NCBI RefSeq assembly: GCF_009914755.1
Contig: NC_060947.1
From: the human T2T-CHM13v2.0 reference genome, Homo sapiens
Strand: one strand, 5' to 3'
DNA: 64,000 bases
Shown: one piece after another, positions 12,530 to 25,619 of the stretch
How the letters are laid out: every line of letters begins with the position of its first letter
How positions within the stretch are numbered: the first letter of the stretch is position 1
Made by a program: the position numbers and the translations under genes
Notes under the pieces: model-generated
What the model was told of the DNA's origin: nothing
The model's input: only the letters and a program-made list of their open reading frames with translations
Database searches by the model: none

Positions 12530-14850
12530 TATCATAAGCAAAGGAGAAATAAGGTCCTTTTCAGAAAAGCAAATGCAGAGGGAATTTGTTACCACCTGAC
12601 CTGCCTCACAAGACCTCCTGAAGGAAGCACTAAATATGGATAGGAAAGACCATTATTGGCCACTACAAAACACACTTAAGTACACAAACCAGTGATACTA
12701 TAAAGCAACCACAACAGTAAGTCTGCATAGTAATCAGCTAACATCATGATGACAAGACCAAATCCACACATTTCAATACTAACCTTAAATATAAACAGGC
12801 TAAATGCCCCAACTAAAAGGCAGAGAGTGGCAAGCTAGATAAAGAAGCAAGACCCAATGGCATGCTGTCTTTAAGAGACCTATCTCACATGCAATGACAC
12901 CCACTGGCTCAAAATAAAGGGATGGAGGAAAATCTACCAAGCAAATGAAAAACATAAAAAAGTAGGGGTTGCAATCCTAATTTCAGAAAAAAAGAAACAG
13001 ACTTTAAACCAACGAAGGTCAGAAAAAGAGAAAGACGGGCATTATATGATGGTAAAGGGTTCAATTGAGCAAGAAGACCCAACTATCCTAAACATATAAG
13101 CACCCAACACAGGGGCACCTAGATATATAAAGCAAGTTCTTAGAGACCTTCATAAACACTTAAACTCCCACACAGTAATAGTGGGAGACTTCAACACCCC
13201 ACTGACAGTATTAGACAGATCACTGAGGTAAAAAATTAACAAACATACTCATGACCTAAACTCAGCACTGGACCAAATGGACCTGACAGACATCTACAGA
13301 ACTGTCTACCCCAAAACAACAGAATATACATTCTTCTCATTGCCACATGGCACATACTCTAAAATTGATCACATAATCAGACATAAAACACTCCTCAGAA
13401 ATGCAAAAGAAGTGAAATCATAACAACCACATTCTCGGACCACAGCACAATTAAAATAGAATTTAAGACTAAGAAAATATCTCAAACCATACACTTAAAT
13501 GGAAAGTGAAGAATCTTCTGAATGATTTGTGGGTAAATAATGAAATTAAGGCAGAAATCAAGAAGTTCTTTGAAACTAATGACAAAAAAGATACAACATA
13601 CGAGAATCTCTGGGACACAGCTAAGGCTGTGTTAAGAAGGCAATTTATAGCAGTAAATGTTCACATCAAAAAGAAAGATCTCAATTTAACAACCTAACAT
13701 CAAAACTAAAAGAACTAGAGAACCAAGAGCATACCAACGCCAAAGACAGGAAATAACCAAAATTAAAGCTGAACTAAAGGAGATTGAGATACAAATAACT
13801 ATTACAAAGACCAACGAATCCAGGAGTTGGTTTTTTGAAAAAAAATTAATAAATTAGACCACCAGCTAGATAAATCAAGAAGAAAAGAGAGAATATTCAA
13901 ATAAACACAATCAGAAACAACAAGGAGGATATTACCACTGACCCCACAGAAACGCAAACAATCATCATAGAATATTAAAAACACCTCTGTTCACATAATT
14001 AGAAAATCTAGAATAAATGGATAAATTCCTGAAAACATACACCCTCCCAAGACTGAACCAGGAAGAAATTTAATCCCTGAATTGTCCAATAATGAGTTCT
14101 GAAATTGAGGCAGTAATAAATAGTCTACCAATCAAAAAAGCCCAGGATTAGAAGAATTCATAGCTGAATTCTACCAGAGGTACAAAGAAGAGCTGGTACC
14201 ATTCCTACTGAAACTATTCCAAAAAAATTGAAAAGAAGGGACCCCTCCCTAACTCATTCTGTGAGGCCAGCATCATCCTAATAACAAACCTGGCAGAGAT
14301 ACAACAACAACAACAAAGAGAACTTCAGGCCAATACCATAGATGAACATTAATGCAAAAATACTTAACAAAATACTGGCAAACTGAATCCAGAACCACAT
14401 CAAAAAGGTCACTCACCATTATCTAGTAGGCTTCAACCCCAGGATGCAAGCCTGGTTCAACATATACAAATCAATAAATGTGATTCATCCCATAAACAGA
14501 ACTAAATACAAGAACCATATGATCATATCAATAGATGAAAAAAAGGCATTCGATAAAATGTAACATCCCTTCATGTTAAAAGCTCTCAATAAACTATGTA
14601 TTTAAGGAACATACTCAAAGTAATCATAGCCATACATGAGGAGAACACATGGACACATGGTGGGGAACAACACGTACTGGGGCCTGTCGGAGGGCTGGGT
14701 GTGGGAGGAGGGAGAGAATGAAGAAGAATAGTTAGTGGTTGCTGGGCTTAGTGCTTGGGTGATGGGGATGATCTGTGCAGCAAGCCACCATGGCACACAT
14801 TTGCCTATGTAAAAACCTGCACATCCTGAACATGTACCCCTGAACTTAAA
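12530..14850 (+). mobile_element. L1PA13-16-like LINE-1: ORF1 end, ORF2 5' half, internal deletion, 3'UTR
   Basis: ORF2 EN/Z region ([23 protein letters not shown]); joins at ~14639 to 3'UTR GAGAACACATGGACAC...CATGTACCCCTGAACTTAAAA. Confidence 0.92.
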
Positions 14851-14874
14851 ATGAAAGTTGGAAATAAAAATTCA

Positions 14875-14929
14875 ACTACTCAAATGCTACCACACTGTGC
14901 GGAAGCCCTAGTGGTGCTGAGAAAGAGGG

Positions 14930-14975
<46 letters not shown>

Positions 14976-15184
14976 GCAGGCTTAGCCAGCCCCCAGCTGC
15001 TCCAGTCTCCATCCATTTGAGTTGTCAGAGCTGATGCCTGAGACGTCGTGAAGCAGAGACATGCAATCCCCGCTATGTCTAGTGTGAAGTACTGACCCAC
15101 AGGATGGTGAGACATAATAAATTATTATATTTAAACCCAAAGTTTTGGAATAGTCTGCTATGCAGCAATAGATAACTGTAACAG
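14875..15184 (+). mobile_element. MLT1 (MaLR) LTR 3' part, G/H/I-like
   Basis: GCCAGCCCCCAGCTGCTCCAG...AATAAA...GTTTTGGAATAGTCTGCTATGCAGCAATAGATAACTGTAACA. Confidence 0.75.
14932..14971. repeat. (AG)20 microsatellite
   Basis: Perfect dinucleotide run. Confidence 0.97.
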
Positions 15185-15239
15185 AGTAAAGTGAAGGCAG
15201 TAGTTAGAAAGAAATATATTCCTTTCATTACTGATTATA

Positions 15240-15915
15240 TAGTCTTGTACTGCATAACAACATTTCAGTCAACAAAAGACTGCATATATGATGGTGGTCC
15301 CATAAGACTATAATAGAGCTGAAAAATTTCTATCACCTAGTGATGTCATAACATTGTAGCACAACACATTACTCATATGTTTGTGATGAAGTTGCTTTGG
15401 ACAAACCTACTGTGCTCCCAGATAAATAAAAGTATATGCACAGCACGTAATACTTCATAATGATAATAAGCAATTATTTTACTGATTTATGTATTTATTT
15501 ATTCTATATTTTTATTGTTATTTTACAGTGTACTCATTTTTAAAAAAGTTAACCATAAACAGCCTCAGGCAGGTCCTTCAGGAGTCATTCCGGAGAAGGC
15601 ATTGTTATCATAGGAGATGACAGCTCCCTGCATGTTACTGCTCCTGAAGACCTTCTAGTGGGACAAGATGTGGAGGCAGAAGACAGTGATATTAATGATC
15701 TGACCCTGGGTAGGCCTAGACTAATGTAAATGTTTGTCTTAGTTTTTAGCAAAATGGTTGCAAAAGTTAAAAAAATTAAAAATAGAAAAACGTTTATAGA
15801 ATAAGGGTATAAAGAAAGAAAACACTTTTGTACAGAGTTGTGTGTGTTTGTGTGATTACAAAAAAGTCAGTTAAAAATTTTTAAAGCTTATAAAATAAAA
15901 AATTCTAATTTTTAA
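15240..15915 (+). mobile_element. Tigger3/MER7 (TcMar-Tigger) partial copy
   Basis: GATGGTGGTCCCATAAGACTATAATAGAGCTGAAAAATTTCTATCACCTAGTGATGTC; CAGCCTCAGGCAGGTCCTTCAGGAG; homologous in reverse to 30100-30676. Confidence 0.88.
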
Positions 15916-16479
15916 ATGAATGTGGCAAGCAGTACAAGATCAAACCCCAATTTAGAAGGCAAAACAAAATTTCTGGGGGCAGTTTGCAATCATATATTGA
16001 TGTGGTGTAGTGATATCCTTTCTCTTTCATAAGAAGCAGCGTTCATCAAAAACATACCTGGATAACAGCCAAATCCCAGTGCTTATCAACCTAAGAAAAA
16101 CAATAGAATCTTGGCACAAAACTGGAAACCCACTGAATTTGTTTTTTCGGTGTAGTTAAAAAGGCCATATGTTGTTATTCCATTAATATGAAAATACTAA
16201 GCAGCAGACAGTACAACCACAAGTGCATTGAACTTTATTGACTAGAGTCTTATAAATTAGAGTCAGTTGTCCTGAATATGAAAGCAACACCTGCATAGGC
16301 TACAAAAACACAGGAGTTCTGAATCAGGAAAAGAAACTTACTGGAATTCAGAAATAAATTTATAATCAATAGTACATTTTCTGGAATATATGTGGAATCA
16401 AATTTCTATGTAGATAAAAAATGTTTCTGAAGTCTGTCTTCTCCTTAATATATATAAGATACTAGGAACCAAATGGGAG

Positions 16480-16773
16480 TTTTTGTTTTTTTTTTTTTAA
16501 GACAGAGTTTCACTCTCGTTGCCCAGGCTGTAGTGCAGTGGCGCGATCTCTGCTCACTTCAACCTCTGCCTCCCGGGTTCAAGCGATTCTTCTGCCTCAG
16601 CCTCCTGAGTAGCTAGGATTATAGGCGCCCGCCACCATGACTGGCTAATTCGTGTATTTTTAGCAGAGACACCATGTTGGTCGGGCTAGTCTTGAACTCC
16701 TGACCTCAGGTGATCCACCCGCCTCAGTCCCCCAAAGTGCCGGGATTACAGGCGTGAGCCACCGTGCCTGGCC
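16480..16773 (-). mobile_element. AluSq/Sp-like
   Basis: GAGTTTCACTCTCGTTGCCCAGGC; TSD CCAAATGGGAG at 16469-16479 and 16774-16784. Confidence 0.94.
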
Positions 16774-16921
16774 CCAAATGGGAGATTTTTAAAGGACTAC
16801 ACATGTACGAAAGTGTTAGATATTTGCATACATATACCAATCAAATTCAGTATCAATCTTGAAATGTTTCAGTTTTTCTAATAAAAAAATGTGTTATTTG
16901 GAGTTAAAAGTTATGGATTTT

Positions 16922-17088
16922 TGTAATCCCATCTACTCCTGAGGCTGGGGCAGGAGAATCGCTTGAACTCAGGAGGCGGAGGTTGCAGTAAGCTGAGATT
17001 GCGCCATTGCACTCCAGCCTGGGCGATAGTGCAAGACTCCGTATCAGAAAAAAAAAAAACAAAAAACAAAAAACAAACAAAAAAAAAA
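16922..17088 (+). mobile_element. 5'-truncated AluS (right arm only)
   Basis: TGTAATCCC...GGAGAATCGCTTGAACTCAGGAGGCGGAGGTTGCAG, A-rich tail; TSD-like TATGGATTTT at 16912-16921 and 17092-17101. Confidence 0.92.
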
Positions 17089-17696
17089 CACTATGGATTT
17101 TGCTATCATTCTTAGTATTTCTACAGATTATTTTTCAATGTTTTGATATATAGCTATCTCAAACTTATTGGTATACCTCATCTGTGGTATATATGTTTTA
17201 TACAAATAGTAACAACTCTAAAAAGTAATCAAAGGACACCTAGAAATTACTTTGCTTTTCAGAAATGATTGCTCTAGACTTTTACTGGGTTTAAGGAAAC
17301 AAAACTCATGTTTGATAAGTAAAGATTTATGAAAATTAATACCAATTCTCAATTATTTGGGGTCATTAAAGTACTTTAAAAAACTACTACTGACATAGTG
17401 AACTGAAAGAAAAATTGTATGGGTAATATTTTAAGCAACATTAATACAAATTTCGTCTACCATACTTATTCAAATACTTCATGCTCTTACCCCAAATATT
17501 TTAAGGATGAGATCACACAAATATGCTGTTTTAACAGGGTGTATATCGGCAATCAGGGCAGCTTATAGCATAAGTTCCAATGCCAGATTTTATGACTATC
17601 AGAATCAGCAGTCCTCTGAAGAATCAAAAATTTAAAGAATTCTCTAAATGTTACCCATTCACTGGTTCTTTTCAGGGAACACTAAAAGTGCATGCA

Positions 17697-17699
17697 TAC

Positions 17700-17731
<32 letters not shown>
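17697..17731. repeat. Interrupted (CA)n microsatellite
   Basis: CA run with one AA interruption. Confidence 0.95.
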
Positions 17732-17732
<1 letters not shown>

Positions 17733-19139
17733 AATCCATTTTTCCACATCTGAAACCCCCTTGAAAAACACTAGAGAAATGTAGGAGAAAAAAATTCCAT
17801 GAATTATAAGTTGTTTTTTTTTTTAAGCCAGCAGAAGGGGGATAATGCCCCGGTAACTGTGGTAAATAAATTTTGTATGGAAACTGGGAGAGGCAGACCG
17901 GGGAATTCAAGCAGTGCCTCCCTCCAAAAAGCAGAGAGAAACATCAAATAAGGTTTACCTACTCGTTTTTCAGGGACTTAGGAACTACAGAATTTATGTA
18001 ACTGAAAAAAAGATGCTACTTGTTAGCAAAACTGTCTTCAATATTGGTTTTACCAATGGCAAAAACCGTGATTATTTTTGCACCAACCAAATACTATGCG
18101 GGAAACATAAAATCCTGAGTATATATGAGAGAAAGGAAAATATTTAAGTAAGAATGGTAATTTCTAGATTTGGCTAGGTATGATATAATGAATGCATGGA
18201 ATGAAGTTGCTAACAACAAATTTGCCCCTATGAAACTTTTTTTTTTAACCTTATGCGGCCTTTTAGCCAAATCGAATTTATCTTATTTTATTTTTGTTTA
18301 TACTACTTCATGGAACAAAATAAATAAATGTCTTATTAAATGAGGGTTTCATTTTTTTACATTGTCTCTTTGCATAGCCTTTTGCAAATGCTTGATTTTT
18401 TCGAGAGAACACATGAGTAGAATGTAAATTCCATGGTAACCAATTTCAAGTACTGTTTCAATTACTGTTATGGTTCAGCACCAAGCAATGGACTGCATGA
18501 TCAAGTAGTTGCTCACATTTACTTTTTGAGAAATAACTGGACCATAAAGATATCTTGTGGTTCCTTAAGTCATATTAACATTGCTTTACAGATGACCAGT
18601 TCAGTCATCAATAAATGCAAAAAGTCAATAAATCTATCAAAATATATCAAAATCCTCAATATATTCAGGGGATAATATGATATTCCACATGGAAGATCCA
18701 AAATTAGAATAGCCATTTATTTTTTCTCACAGGAATATATATCCTTTCTGGAAAAAAATTTAAATTTTCTCAGAAAAATACCTCATTTTATATAAAAATT
18801 TTAGTGATTGATAGACATCTAGCTCTTGGCACACAGAAATAGTTTACTGAATTATCTGGGCAGTATATTATGACCCAGAGAGGTTATCCCAAAAGAATAT
18901 CTAGAATCCAGAGTCAGAGACACCACTGGCAATATCAGCTGTCTTTTTCCAATTATCTGTTCATATTTGAGAATATAAATTGTACAAATTCCAATTTGTT
19001 TTTCACCCAATTTTGTTATAAATAAAAGTCAGTATAGCATATTATTTATAGCCAGAGTGAAATAAAATGTATTTTAATTTCATAAAGTTTACTATAAGCC
19101 TAATTTGTAATTTGTTTTGCTTATACGTTGTCGTTTTTT

Positions 19140-19363
19140 TTCCTTCTCAATCCTCCCCCCATCCCCACTCCCTGGTCACCACCATTCTATTCTTCGATTC
19201 TATGAGTTCAATGTTTTTCTTTAAAAAAATTTCATATAAAAATAAGATTATGTATTTGTCTTTCTGTATCTGGGTTATTTCACTTAAAATGATGTCTTCC
19301 AGTTTCATCCATATTGTCACAAGTGAAATGATTTCCTTCCTTTGTAGAGCTGAAGAATATTCC

Positions 19364-19407
<44 letters not shown>

Positions 19408-19630
19408 TGTGTGTGGAATATATATACATACACACTACATTTTCATTATTCACTCATTAATTGATGAACACAGGCTGATTCAATGTCTGGCTACTGTGAA
19501 TAATGCAGCAATAAACATAGTAGTGAAGATATCGCTTTGACAGACTCATTTTCTTTCTTTTGAATACACACTTAGTAGTTGGATTGCTGGATCATGTGGT
19601 AATTTTATTTTTAGTTTTTGAAGAACTTTT
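19140..19630 (-). mobile_element. L1MA-type 3' fragment containing (TG)n at 19366-19415
   Basis: Minus ORF 19147-19365 (WMKLEDIILSEITQIQKDKY...IESKNRMVVTREWG) is the ORF2 end/3'UTR of an older L1. Confidence 0.85.
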
Positions 19631-19631
19631 A

Positions 19632-22360
19632 ATTTTTTTCCAACTTTTATTTAGGTTCAGGGATACGTGTGCAGGATGCGCAGGTTTGTTGCATGGGTAA
19701 ATGTGTGCCAAGGTGGTTTGCTGCACAGATCATCCCCATCGCCCAAGTATTAAGCCCAGCATCCATTAACTGTTCTTCCTGATGCTATCGTTCCTCCCAC
19801 TCCACACCCTCCAAGAGGCTCCAGTGTGTATTGTTTTTCCCTCATGTGTCCATGTGTTCTCATTATTCAGCTCCCACCTATAAGTGAGAACACACAGTGA
19901 TTGGTTTTCTGTTCCTGCGTTAGTTTGTTAAGAATAATGACCTCCAGCTCCATCTATGTCCCTATAAAGGACATAATCTTGTTCTTTTTTATGGCTGCAT
20001 AGTACTACTTGGTATATATATACCACATTTTACTTATCCATTCTATCATTGATGGGCATTTACGTTGATTCCATCTTTTTTCTACTGTAAATAATGCTGC
20101 AATGAACATACACGTGCATGTATCTTTATAATAGAACAATTTATATTCCTTAGGCCATACATCCACTAAAGGGACTGCTGATTTGAATGTGATTAATGCC
20201 TCTAGGTCTTTGAGGAATTGTCACACTGTCTTCCACCATGGTTGAAGCAATTTACACTCCCACCAACAGTGTGAAAGTGTTCCTTTGTCTCCACAACCTC
20301 AACAGCATCTATTGTTTTTTGAATTTTTAATAATAGACATTCTGACAGGTGTGAGATGGTATCTCATTTTTGAATCTCTCTAATAATCAGTGATATTGAG
20401 CTTTTTTTATGTTTGTTGGCCACATGTATGTCTTCTTTTGAGAAGTGTCTGTTCATGTCTTTTGCCCACTTTTTAATGGGGTTGGTGTTTTTTCTTCTAA
20501 ATTTGTTTTATTTCCTTATAGACACTGGATATTAGACCTTTGTCAGGTTCATACGTTTCAAAAATTTTCTCCCATTCTGTAGGTTGTCTGTTTACTCTGA
20601 TGACAGTTTCTTTTGCGGTGCAGAAGCTCTTTAGTTTCATTAGATCCCATTAGATCCCATTTGTCAATTTTTGCTTCGGTTGCAATTGCTTTTGGCATCT
20701 TCATCATGAAATCTTTGCCAATACCTATTTCCTGAATGGTATTGCCTAGGTTTTCTTTCAGGTTTTTTATAGTTTTGGGTTTTACATTTAAGTCTTTAAT
20801 CCATTTTGAGTTGATTTTTGTATATGGTGTAAGGAAGTGGTCCAATTTCAGTTTTCTGCATATGGCTGGTCAATTATCCCAGCACCATTTATTAAACAGG
20901 GAATCCTTTACCCAATGCTTGCTTTTTGTCAGGTTTCTTGAAGATTAGGTGCTTGTATATGTGCAGTCTTATTTCCCTTGATCTATCTGTCTATTCTTAC
21001 ATCAGTACCATGTTGTACTGGTTACTGTAGCCCTGGAGTATAATTTGAAGTCTGGTAGCGTGATGCCTCCAGCTTTGTTTTTTGTTTGTTTGTTTAAAAT
21101 TGCCTTGGATATTTGGGCTCATTTTGGGTTCCATATAAATTTTAAGGTAGTTTTCTCTAATTCTGTGAAGAATGTCAATGGTAGTTTAATGGAAATAGTA
21201 CTGAATCTACAAATTACTTCAGGCGATATGACCATTTTCACGATATTGATCTTCCTATACATGAGCATGGAGTGTTTTTCCATTTGTGTCCTGTCTTATT
21301 TCCTTGAACAGTGGCTTGTAGTTCTTCTTGAAGAGGTCCTTCACTTCCCTTGTTAGCTGTATTCCTACGTATTTTATTCTTTTTGTGGCAATTGTGAATG
21401 GGAGTCCATTTGTGATTTGGTTCTCAGCTTGCCTGTTGTTAACGTAAAGAAATGCTAGCGATTTTTGCACCTTAACTTGTATCCTGGGACTTTGCTGAAG
21501 TCGTTTGTCAGCTTTAAAAGCTTTTGGGCTGAGACGATGGGGTTTTCTAGATATAGGATCATGCCATCTGCAAACAAAGATAGTTTTCCTCCCTTCCTGT
21601 TTGAATGCCCTATATTTATTTCTCTTGCCTGATTTTCCTGTGCTCAAATTCCAATACTATGTTGAATAGGAGTGGTAAGAGAGGGCATCCTTGTCGTGTG
21701 CCAGTTTTCAAGGGGAATGCTTTCAGCTTTTGCCTATTCCGTATGATATTGGTTGTGGGTTTGTCATATATGCCTTTTATTATTTGGAGGTATGTTCCTT
21801 CAGCACCTAGCATATTGAGAGTTTTTATCATGAAGGGATGTTACATTTTATCAAATGCCTTTTCTGCATCTATTGAGATAATCATGTGGTTTTTGTCTTT
21901 AGTTCTGTTTATGTGATGAATCACATTTATTGATTTATGTATGTTGAACCAGCCTTGCATCCTGGTGTTTAAGCCTACTTGACCATAATGGGAAAACGTT
22001 TCAGTGTGCTGCTGGATTCAGTTTGCCAGCTCTTCGTTGTACATCTGGTAGAATTCAGCTGTGAATCCATCTGATCCTGGGCTTCTTTTGGTTGGTAGGC
22101 TATTTATTACTGCTTCAATTTCAGAACTTGTTATTGGTCTATTCAGGGATTCAATTTCTTCCTAGTTCAGTCTGGGGAGGGTGTATGTGTCCAGGAATTT
22201 ATCTATTGCTTCTAGATTTTCTATTTTATGTGCACAGACATGTTTGTATTATTCTCTGATGGTTGTTTGTATTTCTGTGGTGTCAATAGTGATATCCTCC
22301 TTGTCATTTCGAATTGTGTTTATCTGAATCTTCTCTGTTTTATTATTAGTCTAGCTATGT
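19632..22360 (-). mobile_element. 5'-truncated L1PA13-16-like LINE-1
   Basis: Minus-strand ORF2 peptides ([16 protein letters not shown]; [19 protein letters not shown]); 3'UTR starting TTTTTCCAACTTTTATTTAGGTTCAGGG; frameshifted. Confidence 0.93.
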
Positions 22361-23382
22361 TTTGCTTATACTTTCTAAAAGCTATAATATGCCAAAATAA
22401 CCATAATGCATGATTGGTATACATAAAATATTTATTTGTTCTTTAAATCACTTTTTTTCACTCAAAGTATCTTCTTTACTTTCTAGTTTCTTGTTCCAAG
22501 TTCTTAGCGGGTAATGACTGACTGAAATCTTCCCAAAGCAGAGATGACTGTTGCCAGAGCCCTACATAAGCTTACTAATGCTCAGTCACTCAGAACTACT
22601 CCATCTGGGTTTCCGTCCATCCAAAGAACCAGCTGTTCTAAACAAATGCCTTACTCATCTTGCCTGTGGTATCACAATATGAAATATGCTACTTCCATAA
22701 TTACCATTCCCAACTTCTGAATAGAGGCAGCAACCAACCAATAATTTGTTGGGTACACAGGCTGTGGTTAAGTGTTTGGTCACATAATTGGGTATAGGGA
22801 TTACTTTATTACTGCTGACTAGAAGCAGCTGTGCTCGAAAACCCAATGTGGACATTGCATTACCTTACACATGGAACATGAATCTATGAAACTGCTTTTA
22901 AGTATCAAGAGCTGACATGTGGAAAATGTTGAGTATTCAAGGAAGTCAATTATTAGAAGAAAATATTCAGATTAAGAAGGATGACTTATATCAGAAAGGT
23001 ATAGTTTGCAATTGCTCTTTATTAGCAATAACCTGGGGGTACAGCTTGCTAGGAGAAGTGGGACATTTTTTAAGCTGTCCCAATAGAATTTCTGTACATT
23101 CTTCTCTGGCCCCAAGACTCATACTTACAACAATAGTAGCACTAGTAAAAAAAGGAAATGCAAGACAGAAGAAATACAGGCAGCCAGATCTATCTTTTCT
23201 AAGCCTCAGGCATGAATAAATGAGAACAACTATGCAAACTGTCCTTCATATCAACCATATACACTCTGTACTAGAATCTGAGAGAAGAAACTCTGCTGTC
23301 TTTCTAATACCTAGATCGATATCTGGTATGTAATAGATGCTAAAGACATATTTGCTTAACAAACAAATGTGGAACAACATTT

Positions 23383-24916
23383 TTTTGTAATTCTTTAAAA
23401 AAAAAAAAAAATCCGGGGTACATGTGCCGGATGTGCAGGTTTGTTACATGGGTAAACGTGTGCCATGGTTGTTTGCTGCACCTATCAACCCATTACGTAG
23501 GTATTAAGCCCAGCATGCATTAGCTCTTTTCCCTAGTGCTCTCCCCATCCACCTTCCCCCTGCAAGCCCAAGTGTTGTTCCCCTCCCTGTTTCCATGTGT
23601 TCTCAATGTTCAGCTCTCCCTTATAAGTGAGGACATGCAGTGTTTGATTTTCTGTTCCTGCGTTAGTTTGCTGAGAATAATGGCTTTCAGCTTCATCCAT
23701 GTCCCTGCAAATTACATGACCTCATTCCTTTTTATGGCCGCACAGTATTCCACAGTGTATATATAACACATTTTCTTTTTCCAGTCTATCATTGATGGGC
23801 ATTTGGGTTGATTCCATGTCTTTGCTATCGTGAATAGTGCTGCAATGAACATACACGTGTATGTATCTTTATAACAGAATGATTTGTATTCCTTTGGGTA
23901 TATACTCAGTAATGGGGTTGCTGGGTCAAATGGCATTTCCGGCTCTTTATCACTGGGGAATTGCCACACTGTCTTCCACAATGGTTGAACTAATTTACAT
24001 TCCCACCAACAGTGTAAAAGCATTCCTATTACTCCACATCCTCACCAGCACTTTGTTGTTTCTTGACTTCATAATGATTGCCGTTCTGACTGGTGTGAGA
24101 AGGTATCTCATTGTGGTTTTGATTTCCATTTCTCTAATGATCAGTGGTGTTGAGCTGTTTTTCATGTTTGTGGGCAGCACGTATGTCTTCTTTTGAGAAG
24201 TGTTCATGTCTTTTGCCCACTTTTTAATGGGGTTGTCTGGATATTTTTCTTGTAAATTTCCTTAAGTTTCTTGTAGATTCTGGATATTAGCCCTTTGTCA
24301 GGTGGATAGATTGCAAAAATTTTCTTCCATTCTGTAGGTTTTGTGTTCACTTTGATGATAGTTTCATTTGCTGGGCAGAATCTCTTTAGTTTAATTAGAT
24401 CCCATTTGTCAATTTTTGCTTTTGTTGAGATTGCTTTTGGCAATTTCATCATGAAGTCTTTGTCCATGATTGTGTCCTCAATGGTATTGCCTAGATTTTC
24501 TTCTAGGGTTTTTATAGTTTTGGGTTTTACATTTAAGTCTTTAATCTATTTTGAGTTAATTTTTGTATAAGGTGTAAGGAAGAGATGCAGTTTCAATTTT
24601 CTGCATATGGCTAGCCAGTTCTCCCAGCACCATTCATTAAACAGGGAATTCTTTCTCCATTGCTTGTTTTTGTGGGATTTGTTGAAGATCAGATGGCTGT
24701 AGATGTGTGGTTTTATTACTGAGTACTCTATTCTGTTCCACTGGCCTGTTTTTGTACCAGTACCATGCTGTTTGGTTACTGTGGCCTTGTAGTATAGTTT
24801 GAAGTCAGGTAGTGTGATGTCTCCAGCTTCGTTCTTTTGCTTAGGATTGTCTTGGCTATGCAAGGTCTTTTTTTGGTTCCATATGAATTTTAAAATAGTT
24901 TTTTCTAATGTTTTCT
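23383..24916 (-). mobile_element. 5'-truncated L1PA (approx. PA10-13)
   Basis: ORF2 C-terminal peptides ([19 protein letters not shown]); 17-bp TSD AATGTGGAACAACATTT at 23366-23382 and 24917-24933. Confidence 0.94.
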
Positions 24917-25029
24917 AATGTGGAACAACATTTGTTGTTAAGCTTAAATCACAGTCATCCTTTAGTGTTGGATGTCTACCACATTATCTAATACAATATT
25001 AAAACCTAATGATAACTTATATTTATTGA

Positions 25030-25550
25030 AATTTAAAATGCACATACACTTTCAACCAGCAATTCCATCTCTAGGAATTTATTCAGAAATATGCTTGCAC
25101 ATACACACAAAGTAAACATGCAAGAATATCTCTTATAAAAATTTGTTTATAGTATAGACAAACTGGAAACAACCCAAATGTCCTTAATTTGGTGATGGAC
25201 TGCATAAATTATGATACATCCATATAATAAAATAACATACAGCTATTAATAATAGAAAGCTGTATTTACATGTAAATGGAAGGATATTTAAGATACATTT
25301 TTAATTTAAAAAGGAAGATGTAAAACAAGGTGTAGAGTATGCTTCCATTATGGTTAGAATAAATGAAGATACACACAGATATCATTGTATATGCATAGAA
25401 TATTTCTGGAAGAATACCTAAAAAATTGCTAATATAAATTATACCTGAGAAACAGGACAGAAAGCATGAGAATTAGGGTTGGGATGCTCATTTTTCACTG
25501 TAACTTTTAGACTATTAGAGTACTTGCCATGTGCATTAATTATCCCAAAG
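25030..25550 (+). mobile_element. L1ME-like 3' fragment
   Basis: TTCAACCAGCAATTCCATCTCTAGGAATTTATTC...AACTGGAAACAACCCAAATGTCC. Confidence 0.7.
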
Positions 25551-25619
25551 AAAAGTAAAATTAGAAACAAAAGAACATAATGTAATTTTCACTACATAAA
25601 AATGTACAGTAGAAGAAAT

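Noticed and set aside
17830-17930. Locally G/C-richer patch with NF-kB-like GGGGAATTCA as a promoter
   Set aside because: Imperfect motif, no CpG island, no downstream exon support.
22655-23219. 66-aa and 100-aa ORFs in unique sequence between L1s
   Set aside because: No recognisable domain or convincing paired splice sites; lengths are expected by chance.
23390-23415. A-run on the + strand at the tail end of an antisense L1 (apparently wrong polarity)
   Set aside because: It lies inside the TSD, and to my recollection some older L1PA 3' ends carry a T-run before the tail. Not evidence of a second insertion.
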